From assembly GCF_002113885.1 (NCBI RefSeq), contig NW_018404943.1, positions 892,363 through 956,362 on the forward strand: a DNA stretch of 64,000 bases, written 5' to 3'. Within the stretch, counting starts at the first letter, position 1. Every line of letters begins with the position of its first letter. The notes under the pieces are model-generated. The model saw only the letters and a program-made list of their open reading frames with translations. It was not told the DNA's origin and searched no databases. This DNA comes from Mizuhopecten yessoensis (Eukaryota). The translations under genes were made by a program, and so were the position numbers. Below are positions 24,201 to 37,469 of this stretch, one piece after another.

Positions 24201-27200
24201 GAGGAAGGGATCCTTTTTTTGGGAGGAAGTAGACACAGGGTAGGAGGTAGGTTCTGAGGAAGGGATTGGTACTGAATAGGTTCTTAAGGAGGGGATAGAC
24301 ATGGGTAGGAGGTAGGTTCTTAGGAAGGAATAGGTCCTTCGGGAGGAGGTAGACACAGGGTACGAGGTAGGTTCTGAGGAAGGGATTGGTACTGAATAGG
24401 TTCTTAAGGAGGGGATAGACATGGGTAGGAGGTAGGTTCTTAGGAAGGAATAGGTACTTCGGGAGGAGGTAGACACAGGGTACGAGGTAGGTTCTGAGGA
24501 AGGAATAGGTTCTTAAGGAGGTGATAGACATGGGTAGGAGGTAGGTTCTTAGGAAGGAATAGGTACTTCGGGAGGAGGTAGACACAGGGTACGAGGTAGG
24601 TTCTGAGGAAGGGATTGGTACTGAATAGGTTCTTAAGGAGGGGATAGACATGGGTAGGAGGTAGGTTCTTAGGAAGGAATAGGTACTTCGGGAGGAGGTA
24701 GACACAGGGTACGAGGTAGGTTCTGAGGAAGGGATTGGTACTGAATAGGTTCTTAAGGAGGTGATAGACATTGGTAGGAGGTAGGTTCTGAGGAAGGAAT
24801 AGGTTCTTAAGGAGGTGATAGACATGGGTAGGAGGTAGGTTCTGATGAAAGGTAAGGTCCTTTGGGAGGAGGTAGACACGGTGTAGGAGGTAGGTTGGAG
24901 GAAGGGTTAGGTTCTTTGGGAGGAGGTAGACACGGGGTAGGAGGTAGGTTTCTGAGGAAGGGATAGGTGTTTTGGGAGGAGCTAGACAAGGGGTAGAAGG
25001 TAGGTTCTGATGAAGGGATAGGTTCTTCGGGAGGAAGAGAACATGGGGTAGGAGGTAGATTTTGAGGCAGAATAGGTTCTTTGGGAGGAGGTCGACACAG
25101 GATAGGAGGTAGGTTCTAAGGAAGGAATAGGTACTTTGGGAGGAGGTAAACACGGGGTTAGTAGGTAGGTTTTGAGAAAGGGATAGGTACTTTGGGAGGA
25201 GGTAGACATCGTGTAGGAGGTAGGTTCTGAGGAAGGGATCCTTTTTTTGGGAGGAAGTAGACACTGTATAGGAGGTAGGTTGGAGGAAGGGATAGGTTCT
25301 TTGGAGGGAGGAAGACAAGGGGTAGGAGGAAGGTTCTGTGGAAGGGTTAGGTTCTTTGGGAGGAGGTAGACACGGGGTAGGAGGTAGGTTCAAAGGAAGG
25401 GATAGCTTCTTTGGGAGAAGGTAGACACTTTGGAGGAGGTAGACACTTGGGAGGAGGTAGGTTCTGAGGAAGGGATAGGTACTTTGGAGGGAGGAAGACA
25501 AGGGGTAGGAGGTAGGTTCTGTGGAAGGGGTAGGTTCTTTGGGAGGAGGTAGACACGGGGTAGGAGGTAGGTTCTAAGGAAGGAATAGCTTCTTTGGGAA
25601 AAGGTAGACACTTTGGAGGAGGTAGACACTTGGGAGGAGGTAGGTTCTGAGGAAGGGATAGGTACTTTGGAGGGAGGAAGACAAGGGGTAGGAGGTAGGT
25701 TCTGTGGAAGGGGTAGGTTCTTTGGGAGGAGGTAGACACGGGGTAGGAGGTAGGTTCTGATGAAGGGATAGGTTCTTCGGGCGGAAGAGAACATGGGGTA
25801 GGAGGTAGATTTTGAGGCAGAATAGGTTCTTTGGGAGGAGGTCGATACAGGTAGGAGGTAGGTTCTAAGGAAGGAATAGGTACTTTGGGAGGAGGTCAAC
25901 ACGGGGTTAGTAGGTAGGTTTTGAGAAAGGGATAGGTACTTTGGGAGGAGGTAGACATCGTGTAGGAGGTAGGTTCTGAGGAAGGTATCCTTTTTTTGGG
26001 AGGAAGTAGACACGGTGTAGGAGGTAGGTTGGAGGAAGGGATAGGTTCTTTGGATGGAGGAAGACAAGGGGTAGGAGGTAGGTTCTGTGGAAGGGTTAGG
26101 GTCTTTTGGAGGAGGTAGACACGGGGTAGGAGGTAGGTTCTAAGGAAGGGATAGCTTCTTTGGGAGAAGGTAGACACTTTGGAGGAGGTAGGTTCTGAGG
26201 AAGGGATAGGTACTTTGGAGGGAGGAAGACAAGGGGTAGGAGGTAGGTTTCTGAGGAAGGGATAGGTTCTTTGGGAGGAGGTAGATACGGGGGAAGGAGG
26301 TAGGTTCTGAGGAAGGGATAGGTACTTTGGGAGGAGGTAGACACGGGGTAGGAGGTAGGTTCTAAGGAAGGGATAGGTACTTTGGGAGGTGGTAGACACT
26401 GGGTAAGAGGTAGGTTCTTAGGAAGGAATAGGTACTTCGGGAGGAGGTAGACACAGGGTAGGAGGTAGGTTCTGAGGAAGGAATAGGTTCTTAAGGAGGT
26501 GATAGACATTGGTAGGAGGTAGGTTCTGATGAAAGGTAAGGTCCTTTGGGAGGAGGTAGACACAGGGTAGGAGGTAGGTTCTGTGGAAGGGTTAGGTTCT
26601 TTGGGAGGAGGTAGACACCGGGTAGGAGGTAGGTTTCTGAGGAAGGGATAGGTGTTTTGGGAGGAGCTAGACAAGGGGTAGAAGGTAGGTTCTGATGAAG
26701 GGATAGGTTCTTCGGGAGGAAGATAACATGGGGTAGAAGGTAGATTTTGAGGCAGAATAGGTTCTTTGGGAGGAGGTCGACACAGGATAGGAGGTAGGTT
26801 CTAAGGAAGGAGTAGGTTCTAAGGAAGGAATAGGTACTTTGGGAGGAGGTAAACACGGGGTTAGTAGGTAGGTTTTGAGAAAGGGATAGGTACTTTGGGA
26901 GGAGGTAGACATCGTGTAGGAGGTAGGTTCTGAGGAAGGGATCCTCTTTTTGGGAGGAAGTAGACACGGTGTAGGAGGTAGGTTGGAGGAAGGGATAGGT
27001 TCTTTGGGAGGAGGTTGACACTGACTGGGGAGGAGGTAGGTTCTGAGGAAGGGATATGTACTTTGGGAGGAGGTAGACATGGGGTAGGAGATAGGTTGTG
27101 AGGAAGGGATAGCTTCTCTAGGAGGAGGTAGACACAGGGTAGGAGGTAGGTTCTGAAGAAGGGATAGGTACTTTGGGAGGAGGTAGACAAGGGGTAAGTA

Positions 27201-29893
27201 GGTAGGTTATGAGGAAGGGATACATACTTTCGGAGGAGGAAGACACGGTGTAGGAGGTAGATTCTGAATAAGGGATAGTTTTTTTGGGAGGAGGTAGACA
27301 TGGGGTTGGAGGTAGGCTCTGAGGAAGGAATAGGTTGTTTGGAAAGAGGTAGACACGGGGTACACGGTAAGACCTTAGGAAGGGATAGGTACTTTGGGAG
27401 GAGGTCGACACGGGGTAGGAGGTAGGTTCTGAGGCAAAATAGGTTCTTTGGGAGGAGGTAGATACAGGGTAGGAGGTAGGTTCTAAGGAAGGGATAGGCT
27501 CTTTGGGAGGAGGTAGACACGGGGTAAGTAGGTAGGTTCTGAGGAAGGGATAGGTAATTCGGGAGGAGGTAGACATGGGGTAAGTAGGTAGGTTTTGAGG
27601 AAGGGATAGGTACTTTGGAGGGAATTAGTCACTGGGAAGAAGGTAGGTTCTTAGGAAGGGATAGGTTCTTTGGGAGATGGTAGACACGGGGTAGGAGGTA
27701 GGTTCTGAGGAAGGGATAGGTTCTTTGGGAGGAGGTAGACAGGGGGTAGGAGGTAGGTTCTGAGGAAGGGATAGGTACTTTGGTAGGAGGTGGACACGGG
27801 GTAGGAGGTAGGTTCTAAGGCAGAATAGATTCTTTGGGAGAAGGAAGACATAGAGCAGGAGGTAGGTTCTAAGAAGGAAGGGATAGGTTCTTTGGGAGGA
27901 AGTAGACACAGGATAAGAGGTAGGTTCTGAGGAAGGGATATGTACTTTGGGAGGAGGTAGACACAGGGTAAGAGGAATGTTCTGAGGAAGGGATAGGTTC
28001 TTTGGGAGGAGGTAGACACAGGGCAGGAGGTAGGTTCTGAAGAAAGGATCGTCTCTTTGGGAGGAAGTAGACACAGGGTAGAAGGTAGGTTCTGAGAAAG
28101 GGATAGGTTCTTTAGGAGGAGGTAGACACAGGGTAGGAGGTAGGTTCTAGGGAAGGGATTGGTACTTTGAAGGGAGGTAGACACAGAGTAGGAGGTAGGT
28201 TCTGAAGAAGGGATAGTCTCTTTGGACGGAAGTAGACACAGGGTAGGAGGTAGGTTCTAGGGAAGGGATTGGTACTTTGAAGGGAGGCAGACACAGGGTA
28301 GGAGGTAGGTTCTGAAGAAGGGATAGTCTCTTGGGCAGAAGTAGACACAGGGTAGAAGGTAGGTTCTGAGGAAGGGATAGGCTCTTTGGGAGGAGGTAGA
28401 CACGGGGTAGAAGGTAGGTTCTGAGGCAGAATAGGTTCTTTGGGAGGAGGTAGACATAGAGCAGGAGGTAGGTTCTAAGGAAGGGATAGGTTCTTTGAAG
28501 GGAGGTAGACACAGGGCAGGAGGTAGGTTCAGTAGAAAGGATCGTCTCTTTGGGAGGAAGTAGACACAGGGTAGGAGGTAGGTTCTGAGAAAGGGATAGG
28601 TTCTTTGGGAGGAGGTAGACACAGGGTAGGAGGTAGGTTCTGGGGAAGGGATCGGTACTTTGAAGGGAGGTAGACACAGGGTAGGAGGTAGGTTCTGAAG
28701 AAGGGATAGTCTCTTTGGACGGAAGTAGACACAGGGTAGGAGGTAGGTTCTGAGGAAGGGATAGGTTCTTTGGGAAGAGGTAGACACAGGGTAGGAGGTA
28801 GGTTCTGAGGAAGGGATAGGTACTTTGTGAGGAGGTATACACGGGGTAGGAGGTAGGTTCTGAGAAAGGGATAGGTTCTTTGGGAAGAGGTAGACACAGG
28901 GTAGGACGTAGGTTCTGAGGAAGGGATAGGTACTTTGTGAGGAGGTATACACGGGGTAGGAGGTAGGTTCTGAAGAAGGGATAGTCTCTTTGGATGGAAG
29001 TAGACACAAGGTAGGAGTTAGGTTCGTAGAAAGGGATAGGTTCTTTGGGAGGAGGTAGACACAGGGTAGGAGGTAGGTTCTGAGGAAGGGATTGGTACTT
29101 TGTGAGGAGGTATACACGGGGTAGGAGGTAGGTTCTGAGGAAGGGAAAGGTTCTTTTGGAGGAGGTAGACACAGGGTAGGAGGTAGGTTCTTGGGAAGGG
29201 ATTGGTACTTTGAAGGGAGGTAGACACAGGGTAGGAGGTAGGTTCTGAAGAAGGGATAGTCTCTTTGGGAGGAAGTAGACACAGAGTAGGAGGTAGGTTC
29301 TGAGAAAGGGATAGGTTTTTTGGGAGGAGGTAGACACAGGGTAGGACGTAGGTTCTGAGGAAGGGATTGGTACTTTGTGAGGAGGTATACACGGGGTAGG
29401 AGGTAGGTTCTGAAGAAGGGTTAGGTTCTTTGGGAGGAGGTAGTCACAGGGTAGGAGGTAGACAAGAGGTAAGTAGGTAGGTTCTGAGGAAGGGATAGGT
29501 TCTTTGGGAGGAGGTAGACACGCTGTAGGAGGTAGGTTCTGGGGAAGGGATCGGTACTTTGAAGGGAGGTAGACACAGGGTAGGAGGTAGGTTCTTCATG
29601 AAGAAGGGATAGTCTCTTTGGACGGAAGTAGACACATGGTAGGAGGTAGGTTCTGAGGCAGGAATAGGTTCTTTGGGAGGAGGTAGACACGGGGTAGGAG
29701 GTAGGTTCGGAGAAAGGGATAGGTTCTTTCGGAAGAGGTAGACACGGTGTAGGAGGTAGGTTCTGATGAAGGGTTAGGTACTTTGGGAGGAGGTAGACAC
29801 AGGGTAAGTAGGTAGGTTCTGAAAAAGGGATAGGTTTTTTGGGAGGAGGTAGACACGGGGTCGGAGGTAGGTTCTGAGGAAGGGTTATGTACT
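21285..29893. repeat. 8.6-kb purine-rich satellite: ~51-bp AT-richer block (to ~22850), then ~55-bp G-rich block with higher-order duplications
   Basis: Consensus GGGAGGAGGTAGACACAGGGTAGGAGGTAGGTTCTGAGGAAGGGATAGGTTCTTT. Confidence 0.95.
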
Positions 29894-30274
29894 CACGGAT
29901 TAAAAAACACGCATAAATATGCAGTTTTGCTTAATGCACTTTTTATCTTGCTCAAAATGAACCCATACCTGAAAAAGCACTGATATATTTCATTCATGAA
30001 ACAGTCTTTTTTGTAGTCTAACAAACGTACGAAAATGTCGTATGCAAATGAGGCCACATCTCCTCGCCGTTTTTCTCCCGAAGAGCCAAGGAGACGTTCT
30101 TATATTGATAAACAGTGTTTTCAATGAAACGTAAACCTTGTAATGCAATGAACTTTCCAATTTTCACCAATTTTAAACAGAACAAAATGAGAAATAACTT
30201 ACCATCAACCAAAACCGATATAAGACAGCAGAAAAAAAATAATAACAGATTCTATATTATAACTAAATAAATAT

Positions 30275-30810
30275 AACAAGAGGCCAGGAGGGCCTGTATC
30301 ACTCACCTGGTTCTTTTGCTACATGAAACTGACATATAGGTAACTTCAGACCAAATTTGGTAACTAGAACACAAGACATTTTAACATCTCTTAAACGCTT
30401 CTCAAAATTTTGTTGTTTGAAATTTGAAATTGTAATTTTAAAGCTTTTAACCCACGTTGACGTTCGACTCCGGGTAGCACTCAAAGTTGACATTTGACCT
30501 CATTACTGTGATTAAGAAAATGATTCGCACTGTGGGTCTACATAACATACTCAAGTATCATGACTCTATAGTCCAAATGGTTCTTAGGATATTGTTGTTT
30601 GAATTTTTGAACATATTTGACCCCTGTGACCTTGAAACTAGGTCAAGGTCATTTTAATGAGGAAACTTTATAGCACTCCATCCCATGTACCTAATGGCCA
30701 AATATCATTACCCTGGGTCTTATGGAACTTGAGAAGAATATTGTTAAAGCTTTTAACCCATGTTGACATTTGACCCCGACTAGCACTTAAAGTTGACATT
30801 TGACCTCATT
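30275..30810. mobile_element. Truncated HINE-type element
   Basis: AACAAGAGGCCAGGAGGGCCTGTATCACTCACCTGG start, TGACCTTGA/TCAAGGTCA motifs, internal duplication. Confidence 0.45.
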
Positions 30811-31489
30811 ACTAGTGTTGGGAATCGCTTGTAAGTTCATAATCGATCATCACTTTCAATCAAGTGACTATTGATAGACTGTAAACATGTGTATCACAGT
30901 CGTCGCTGATTTCAACAGATTCGACCGATCCGCGATAGGCTCCGAAATGAATCCCCGTGGATGTTTATCTATTCTGATCTTGCAAATTCATGGTTATGAT
31001 TATTACCTGTAAACTATAGCTAGTATCCCCTTGTATCCCGGTCTTCTTTTTGAGAACAGATCTTCAGTGCAATCCTTTCGTCCACCCGTATCTGACAGAC
31101 CCTCCCGTTAGGCCTACGTTCTGATATCAATTTTTCTCTGCACGTGCATGATGTCATAGCATATCCGGTGCGAACTGTTTGCTTGACGGATTATGAATCG
31201 ACACAGTCCGACTCTAGTTCAGATACTAATGTCGAAGATGGTAAACCTAACTGTTTAGTCTCTAAAATGGAATTTGAAAACAAAATAGATTCTATATCAG
31301 ATGACTTTTTTATATGTAGATTTTATATAAAACGTTAAAAAAAAAAAAAAAAAAAAAACTTTGTCAAAGTCAACGTGTTGAACTTGAATATTTAATATTG
31401 AAGGAGGCTCCACCATTTCGCAATTAATGTTTATGTCATTATGTAGATATGATTTTATGAAAATCTAAGCATTCCGATGATAATATATC

Positions 31490-33575
31490 TGGCACCTACA
31501 TTAATGTAACATATATCTAGTAACTTAATACCTACCTCAATGAAATAAAATATTACACTTGAAAAAAACTATTTAACATATCTAGTTCAATCCGTAGTAC
31601 ACAGGTACTAAAAGAGACGACGTCGACGCTAGTACCTACAATATAGGTTCATTAAAGCGTATCAAGTAGGTCTACCTCAACGTATATGTAATCTATCTAG
31701 TAGCTACACAACGTCCTGCTGGGTGTCTTCGGCAGTACGTTTCAGTGGGGTAGCACTATAAAGTCGGCATCAGTTCCGCGCTATCACAAGGAGACAAACA
31801 GTTACACGAACATATCGCAGCCTCCCAAAACACACGCGCATACACTACACGCATGCATCTTGCACACAGGGGAAGCCGTCCTTAAATGAACTTAGCTGTT
31901 GATAGGACGTTAAATAATAATAAACCAAACCAAACCAAACCTCAACGTATATGAAATATATCTTGTACATACCTAAACGTAATATATCTAGTACCTACCT
32001 CAATGTAAAAATCTAGTACAAACATCAATGTAATATGTCTAGTACAAACCTCAATGTAATATATCTAGTACAAACCTCAATGTAATATATCTAGTACCTA
32101 CCTCAATGTAAAAATCTAGTACAAACATCAATGTAATATTTCTATTACAAACCTCAATGTAATATATCTAGTACCTACCTCAATGTAATATATCTGTACA
32201 AACCTCAATGTAATATATCTAGTACCTACCTCAATGTAATATATATAGTACCTACCTCAATGTAACATATATAGTACAAACCTCAATGTAATATATCTAG
32301 TACAAACCTCAATGTAATATATCTAGTACCTACCTCAATGTAACAAATATAGTACCTACCTCAATGTAACATATATAGTACCTACCTCAATGTAACATAT
32401 ATAGTACCTACCTCGATGTATTAAAATCTAGTACAAACCTCAATGTAATATATCTAGTACCTACCTCAATGTAACAAATATAGTACCTACCTCAATGTAA
32501 TTTATCTAGTACAAACCTCAATGTAATAAATCTAGTGCCTACCTCAATGTAACATATATAGTACCTACCTCAATGTAATATATCTAGTGCCTACCTCAAT
32601 GTAATATGTCTAGTACCTACCTCAATGTAACATATATAGTACCTACCTCAATGTAATATATCTAGTACAAACCTCAATGTAATATATCTAGTACATACCT
32701 CAATGTAATATATCTAGTACCTATCTCAATGTAATATATATAGTACCTACCTCAATGTTATATATCTAGTACCTACCTCAATGTTATATATCTAGTACCT
32801 ACCTCAATGTAATATATCTAGTACATACCTCAATGTAATATATCTAGTACAAACATCAATGTTATATGTCTAGTACAAACCTCAATGAAATATATCTAGT
32901 ACCTACCTCAATGTAATATATCTAGTACAAACCTCAATTTAATATATCTAGTACCTACCTCAATGTAATATATCTAGTACAACCCTCAATGGAATATATC
33001 TAGTACCTACCTCAATGTAATATATCTAGTGACTACCTCAATGTAACATATATAGTACCTACCTCAATGTAATATATCTAGTTCAAACATCAATGTAATA
33101 TATCTAGTGCCTACCTCAATGTAACATATATAGTACCTACCTCAATGTAATATATCTAGTACAACCCTCAATGTAATATATCTAGTACCTACCTCAATGT
33201 AACATATATAGTACCTACCTCAATGTAACATATATAGTACCTACCTCAATGTAATATATCTAGTACAAACCTCAATGTAATATATCTAGTACCTACCTCC
33301 ATGTTATATATCTAGTACATACCTCAATGTAATATATCTAGTACATACCTCAATGTAATATATCTTGTACAAACATCAATGTAATATGTCTAGTACAAAC
33401 CTCAATGTAATATATCTAGTACCTACCTCAATGTAATATATATAGTACAAACTTCAATGTAATATATCTAGTACCTACCTCAATGTTATATATCTAGTAC
33501 CTACCTCAATGTAATATATCTAGTACGAACCTCAATGTAATATATCTAGTACAAACCTCAATGTAATATATCTTA
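31490..33575. repeat. 26-bp minisatellite
   Basis: TACCTACCTCAATGTAATATATCTAG; homogeneous from ~31980. Confidence 0.95.
31713..31940 (+). mobile_element. 5'-truncated copy of the same SINE, inserted in the 26-bp minisatellite
   Basis: High identity to the reverse complement of ~6064-6280; (CCAAA)n tail. Confidence 0.8.
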
Positions 33576-33922
33576 TTACCCCTGGCACTATTCTAGACGG
33601 ATGTTTCGTCCTTGGCGCACACTCTATTGTGATTCCCTATCATGTGATGCGCCGTTTGTCCGATAAGTATACATCGCTTAATAACAAGTTATAATCATCA
33701 CTTCAAATTACTGGATCCGCGCTGAAAAGATGCTGCCAGACTCTGGGTTTTCTTTACTAGCACCTGCAAAATAGTTTATAAATCAATATCCACATTTTTT
33801 TTCTTAACTCGTCAGTCGAATTACGTTATCTCGACGCTCTGTATATGTTAAAGTAAAACCATGAAGATTGCATATCACCGCTTCAAATGAACTAATTGCC
33901 ATATAGACTGATATGTAGCTAA

Positions 33923-35114
33923 GGTGGCTCCACACTTTCGCAATTAACAAGCAAAATTCGTTGAAACTTTCATATAATGGTTTTGGGAACAATAACAACA
34001 ATAATAAAATGAAAAGAAGCATTTCTAATTAACCCTACAAATATTTTATTTATCGCAAAATATGTAACACATGTTACACAAAGTGTTTTTATTGAATTTG
34101 TACGGATAAAAGTGATTATCTACAAGCTAAAAGCAAACAGGACATAAAGATCTATACATATAGAATGGGAAATTGAACAAAATATACACAATGGCTTTAT
34201 ATTTTATGTATTTTACATTTTACAATCACTTTGATCCGGGTGAGAGTTATCTTCCTTGAAAAAAATCGGAACTTTTTGCAGAGAGATGACATTTACACAA
34301 TGACAGTTGTCTCTGTTTACATATAACAAAAATGATGGAAATAAATCAAAAATATGATATCAAAATTATCAATTTATTGTTCTTTAATGGAACCAAAATT
34401 ACTCTCAGTCATGTACACTTTGGACATCATTCCACAGTCCGCTAACTCACGGTATATTTATAATTACATGTGACCAGAGGCTATCGCATGGTATGCCGTT
34501 CTCACGTGCACTCACACATGCATTTCATAGGTATCTTGATATTTTACAAACATTATTTTCACAGAGTAAGTAGACTACAGTTGTAAACACGATTTAATCG
34601 ACAGAGCGAAACTCCCTCAACAGCGAAAATCGTAACGACCTCGAGCTTATGAACTCGTATAAGCACGTCCGCATTCCATGTGTTTCCTATATGACCTTCT
34701 TGAGGTCGTCTGGTCTCATGTCACTGTCTTCCCGTGAGTCTGTTATTTCCCTGTAAAATCTCGATATCGGGTGTTGACATATCATCGGCACGCACGTGTA
34801 CTGTTGTTTAAAAGGGGGCCTGTTCGTTTATGCGGAACAACCGGTTTGGCCGTTTATAAATGTAACAAATGTGTATGCAGGCCTTTCAAGGCTTTCTCAA
34901 GGCTCGCCTGAAAGCAGCATCAGCTTACTAGGTCCGACCTTATTTAATAAACGAACAACAGTGGTCCGATTGGTTTGACCGTGTAAACGAATGCAATACG
35001 GAAATGACGACACGGTGTACATGCACATTTCGATCAAGACAATTGAGTCCGAGCTGTACTTTTTCCGGAAGTACGTCACGAAAATGGACGCTGATGACGA
35101 TGTGTGGAGCCACC
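33923..35114. mobile_element. Second, diverged member of the Kolobok-like family
   Basis: Perfect 13-bp TIR GGTGGCTCCACAC/GTGTGGAGCCACC, flanks CTAA and TTAA, colinear with 14627-15858; a left-end fragment also lies at ~31403-31478. Confidence 0.75.
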
Positions 35115-35487
35115 TTAACTAGAGATATATGACGAAGTTAGAACTGAATGAAAGATGTATGGGAACTTTTTTGGTAAATACATACGTTGTATAACGGACT
35201 TGCACCTCCTTCCTTTCTCCTTTCTATATACAGTTGTCATTCTCGAGTAGAATATAAAGCTAATTAAAAACAAATTTAATGATTGCAAGTATATGTTAGT
35301 TTACTAAATGGAGTATTGATGAACAAAATTCTATTTGCTTTTACTGTTAAATAGAGCTGTTGGGGAACAGCATATCTCGTTTATTCGTGATACATTTTAA
35401 GTCAGTAAATAGCAATAGAAATACATCAACATATATATTGTAGGTTGCTGAACCAGATGCGCGAAGTTGGCTCAATAGACAGACGTC

Positions 35488-36935
35488 ATTCGACCTTCAG
35501 ATTTTGAATGTTTCGCGGCTCGACATACGACATTCGACATTCAAATTTTTTGATATTCGAAATTCAGATTTTAAAAGTGTGGCGACTCAAAATACGACAT
35601 TCAGATTTTGAATGTAGAGTGGTTCGACATACGACATTCGACATTCAGATTTTGAATGTTTCGCGGCACGACATGCGACATTCGACATTCAAATTTTTTG
35701 ATATTCGAAATTCAGATTTTGAAAGTTTGACGACTCGAAATACGACACTGGACATTCAGATTTTGGATGTAGGGCGGTTCAACATTCGACAGTCATATTT
35801 TGAATGTTTCTAAGCACGACATACGACATACGATTCAGATTTTAAATGTTTCGTGGCTCGACACACGACATTTGAAATTCAAATATTTTTACATTCGACA
35901 TTCAGATTTTGAAAGTTTGGCGATTCGAAATACGACATTCTACATTCAGATTTTGAATGTAGGGCGGCACCGCATACGACATTCGACAGTCAGATATTTA
36001 ATGTTGAGTTGAGCAGCTCGGCATACGACGTACGATACAGATTTTGAATGTTTCGTGGCTCGACACACGACATTTGACATTCAAATATTTTGACATTTGA
36101 CATTCAGATTTTGAAAGTTTGGCGACTCGAAATACGACATGTAGGGCGGCACCGCATACAATGTATGACATTCGACATTTATATATTTCATGCTGAGCGA
36201 CTCGACATATAATGTATGACATTCGACATTCAGATATTTAATTTTGAGTGGCTCAACATTTGACATTCGGCATTCAGATATTTAATGTTGAGTGGCTCGA
36301 AATACAATGTAGACATTCAACAATCAGATATTTAATTTTGAGTGGCTCAACATTTGACATTCGACATTCAGATATTTAATGTTGAGTGGCTCGAAATACA
36401 ATGTAGACATTCGACATTCAGATATTTAATGTTGAGTGGCTGAACATTTGACATTCGACATTCAGATATTTAATGTTGAGCGACTCGACATAAAATGTAT
36501 GACATTCGACATTCAGATATTTAATGTTGAGCGGCTCGACATATAATGTAGACATTCGACATTCAGATATTTAATGTTGAGTGGCTCGAAATACAATGTA
36601 GACGTTCGACATTCAGATATTTAATGTTGAGTGGCTCGAAATACAATGTAGACCATCGACATTCAGATATTTAATGTTGAGTGGCTCGAAATACAATGTA
36701 GACCATCGACATTCAGATATTTAATGTTGAGTGGCTCGAAATACAATGTAGACCATCGACATTCAGATATTTAATGTTGAGTGGCTCGAAATACAATGTA
36801 GACCATCGACATTCAGATATTTAATGTTGAGTGGCTCGACATACAATGGATTACATTCGACATTCAGATAGTTCATGTTGAGCGGCTCGACATACAACAT
36901 TCGACATTAAAATTTTAAATGTTGAGCGGCTTCAC
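35488..36935. repeat. CGACATT-rich tandem array, ending in near-perfect 50-bp units
   Basis: ATTCAGATATTTAATGTTGAGTGGCTCGAAATACAATGTAGACCATCGAC; the left part has longer composite units. Confidence 0.9.
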
Positions 36936-37469
36936 ATTCCTAAACCTTATAATATTCGATAGGCTATTGAATTTGGTGATCTAACACTGTAAAAACAACT
37001 TGCTCAAAAACTTAAAGCAAGTCAAGTTCAGCTGTTTTTGTATATTGCTTACACTTTCACTTGCTAAGTCCAGATTCATCTTGGGAGGGGGTCCAAGGTA
37101 TAGTGGGAACAGAGGATTTTTCCTCGATTTGTTGTAGTAATCTGCGTACCAGCGTTGAGGCAGCTGCGCGCCTGACTTCATATAATGCCTCATAATAGTC
37201 AACAGCCTATATAGGTGTGATGATTTTACATGACACTAGAATAAATTGCTCAAAAACGTTAACGAAGTCCAATAACGCAGTTTTTGGCCCCTAAAATACG
37301 AAAAAAAATACTCAGCACATTGCTTACACTCCTTATAATGTAAGTAAGTGATTCAACATAATCTAACACTGCAAAACAAATTGCTTAAAACTTTACAAAG
37401 TCACACTAATTCTGTTGCTTATGGCCCCTAAGATAGGAAAATATGGCTCAGCACATATTGATCACTTCG

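Noticed and set aside
21159-29856. Dozens of overlapping minus-strand Pro/Ser/Tyr-rich ORFs resembling extensin or adhesive proteins
   Set aside because: They occur in all three frames of a ~55-bp satellite whose unit is not a multiple of 3, with frequent indels and stops
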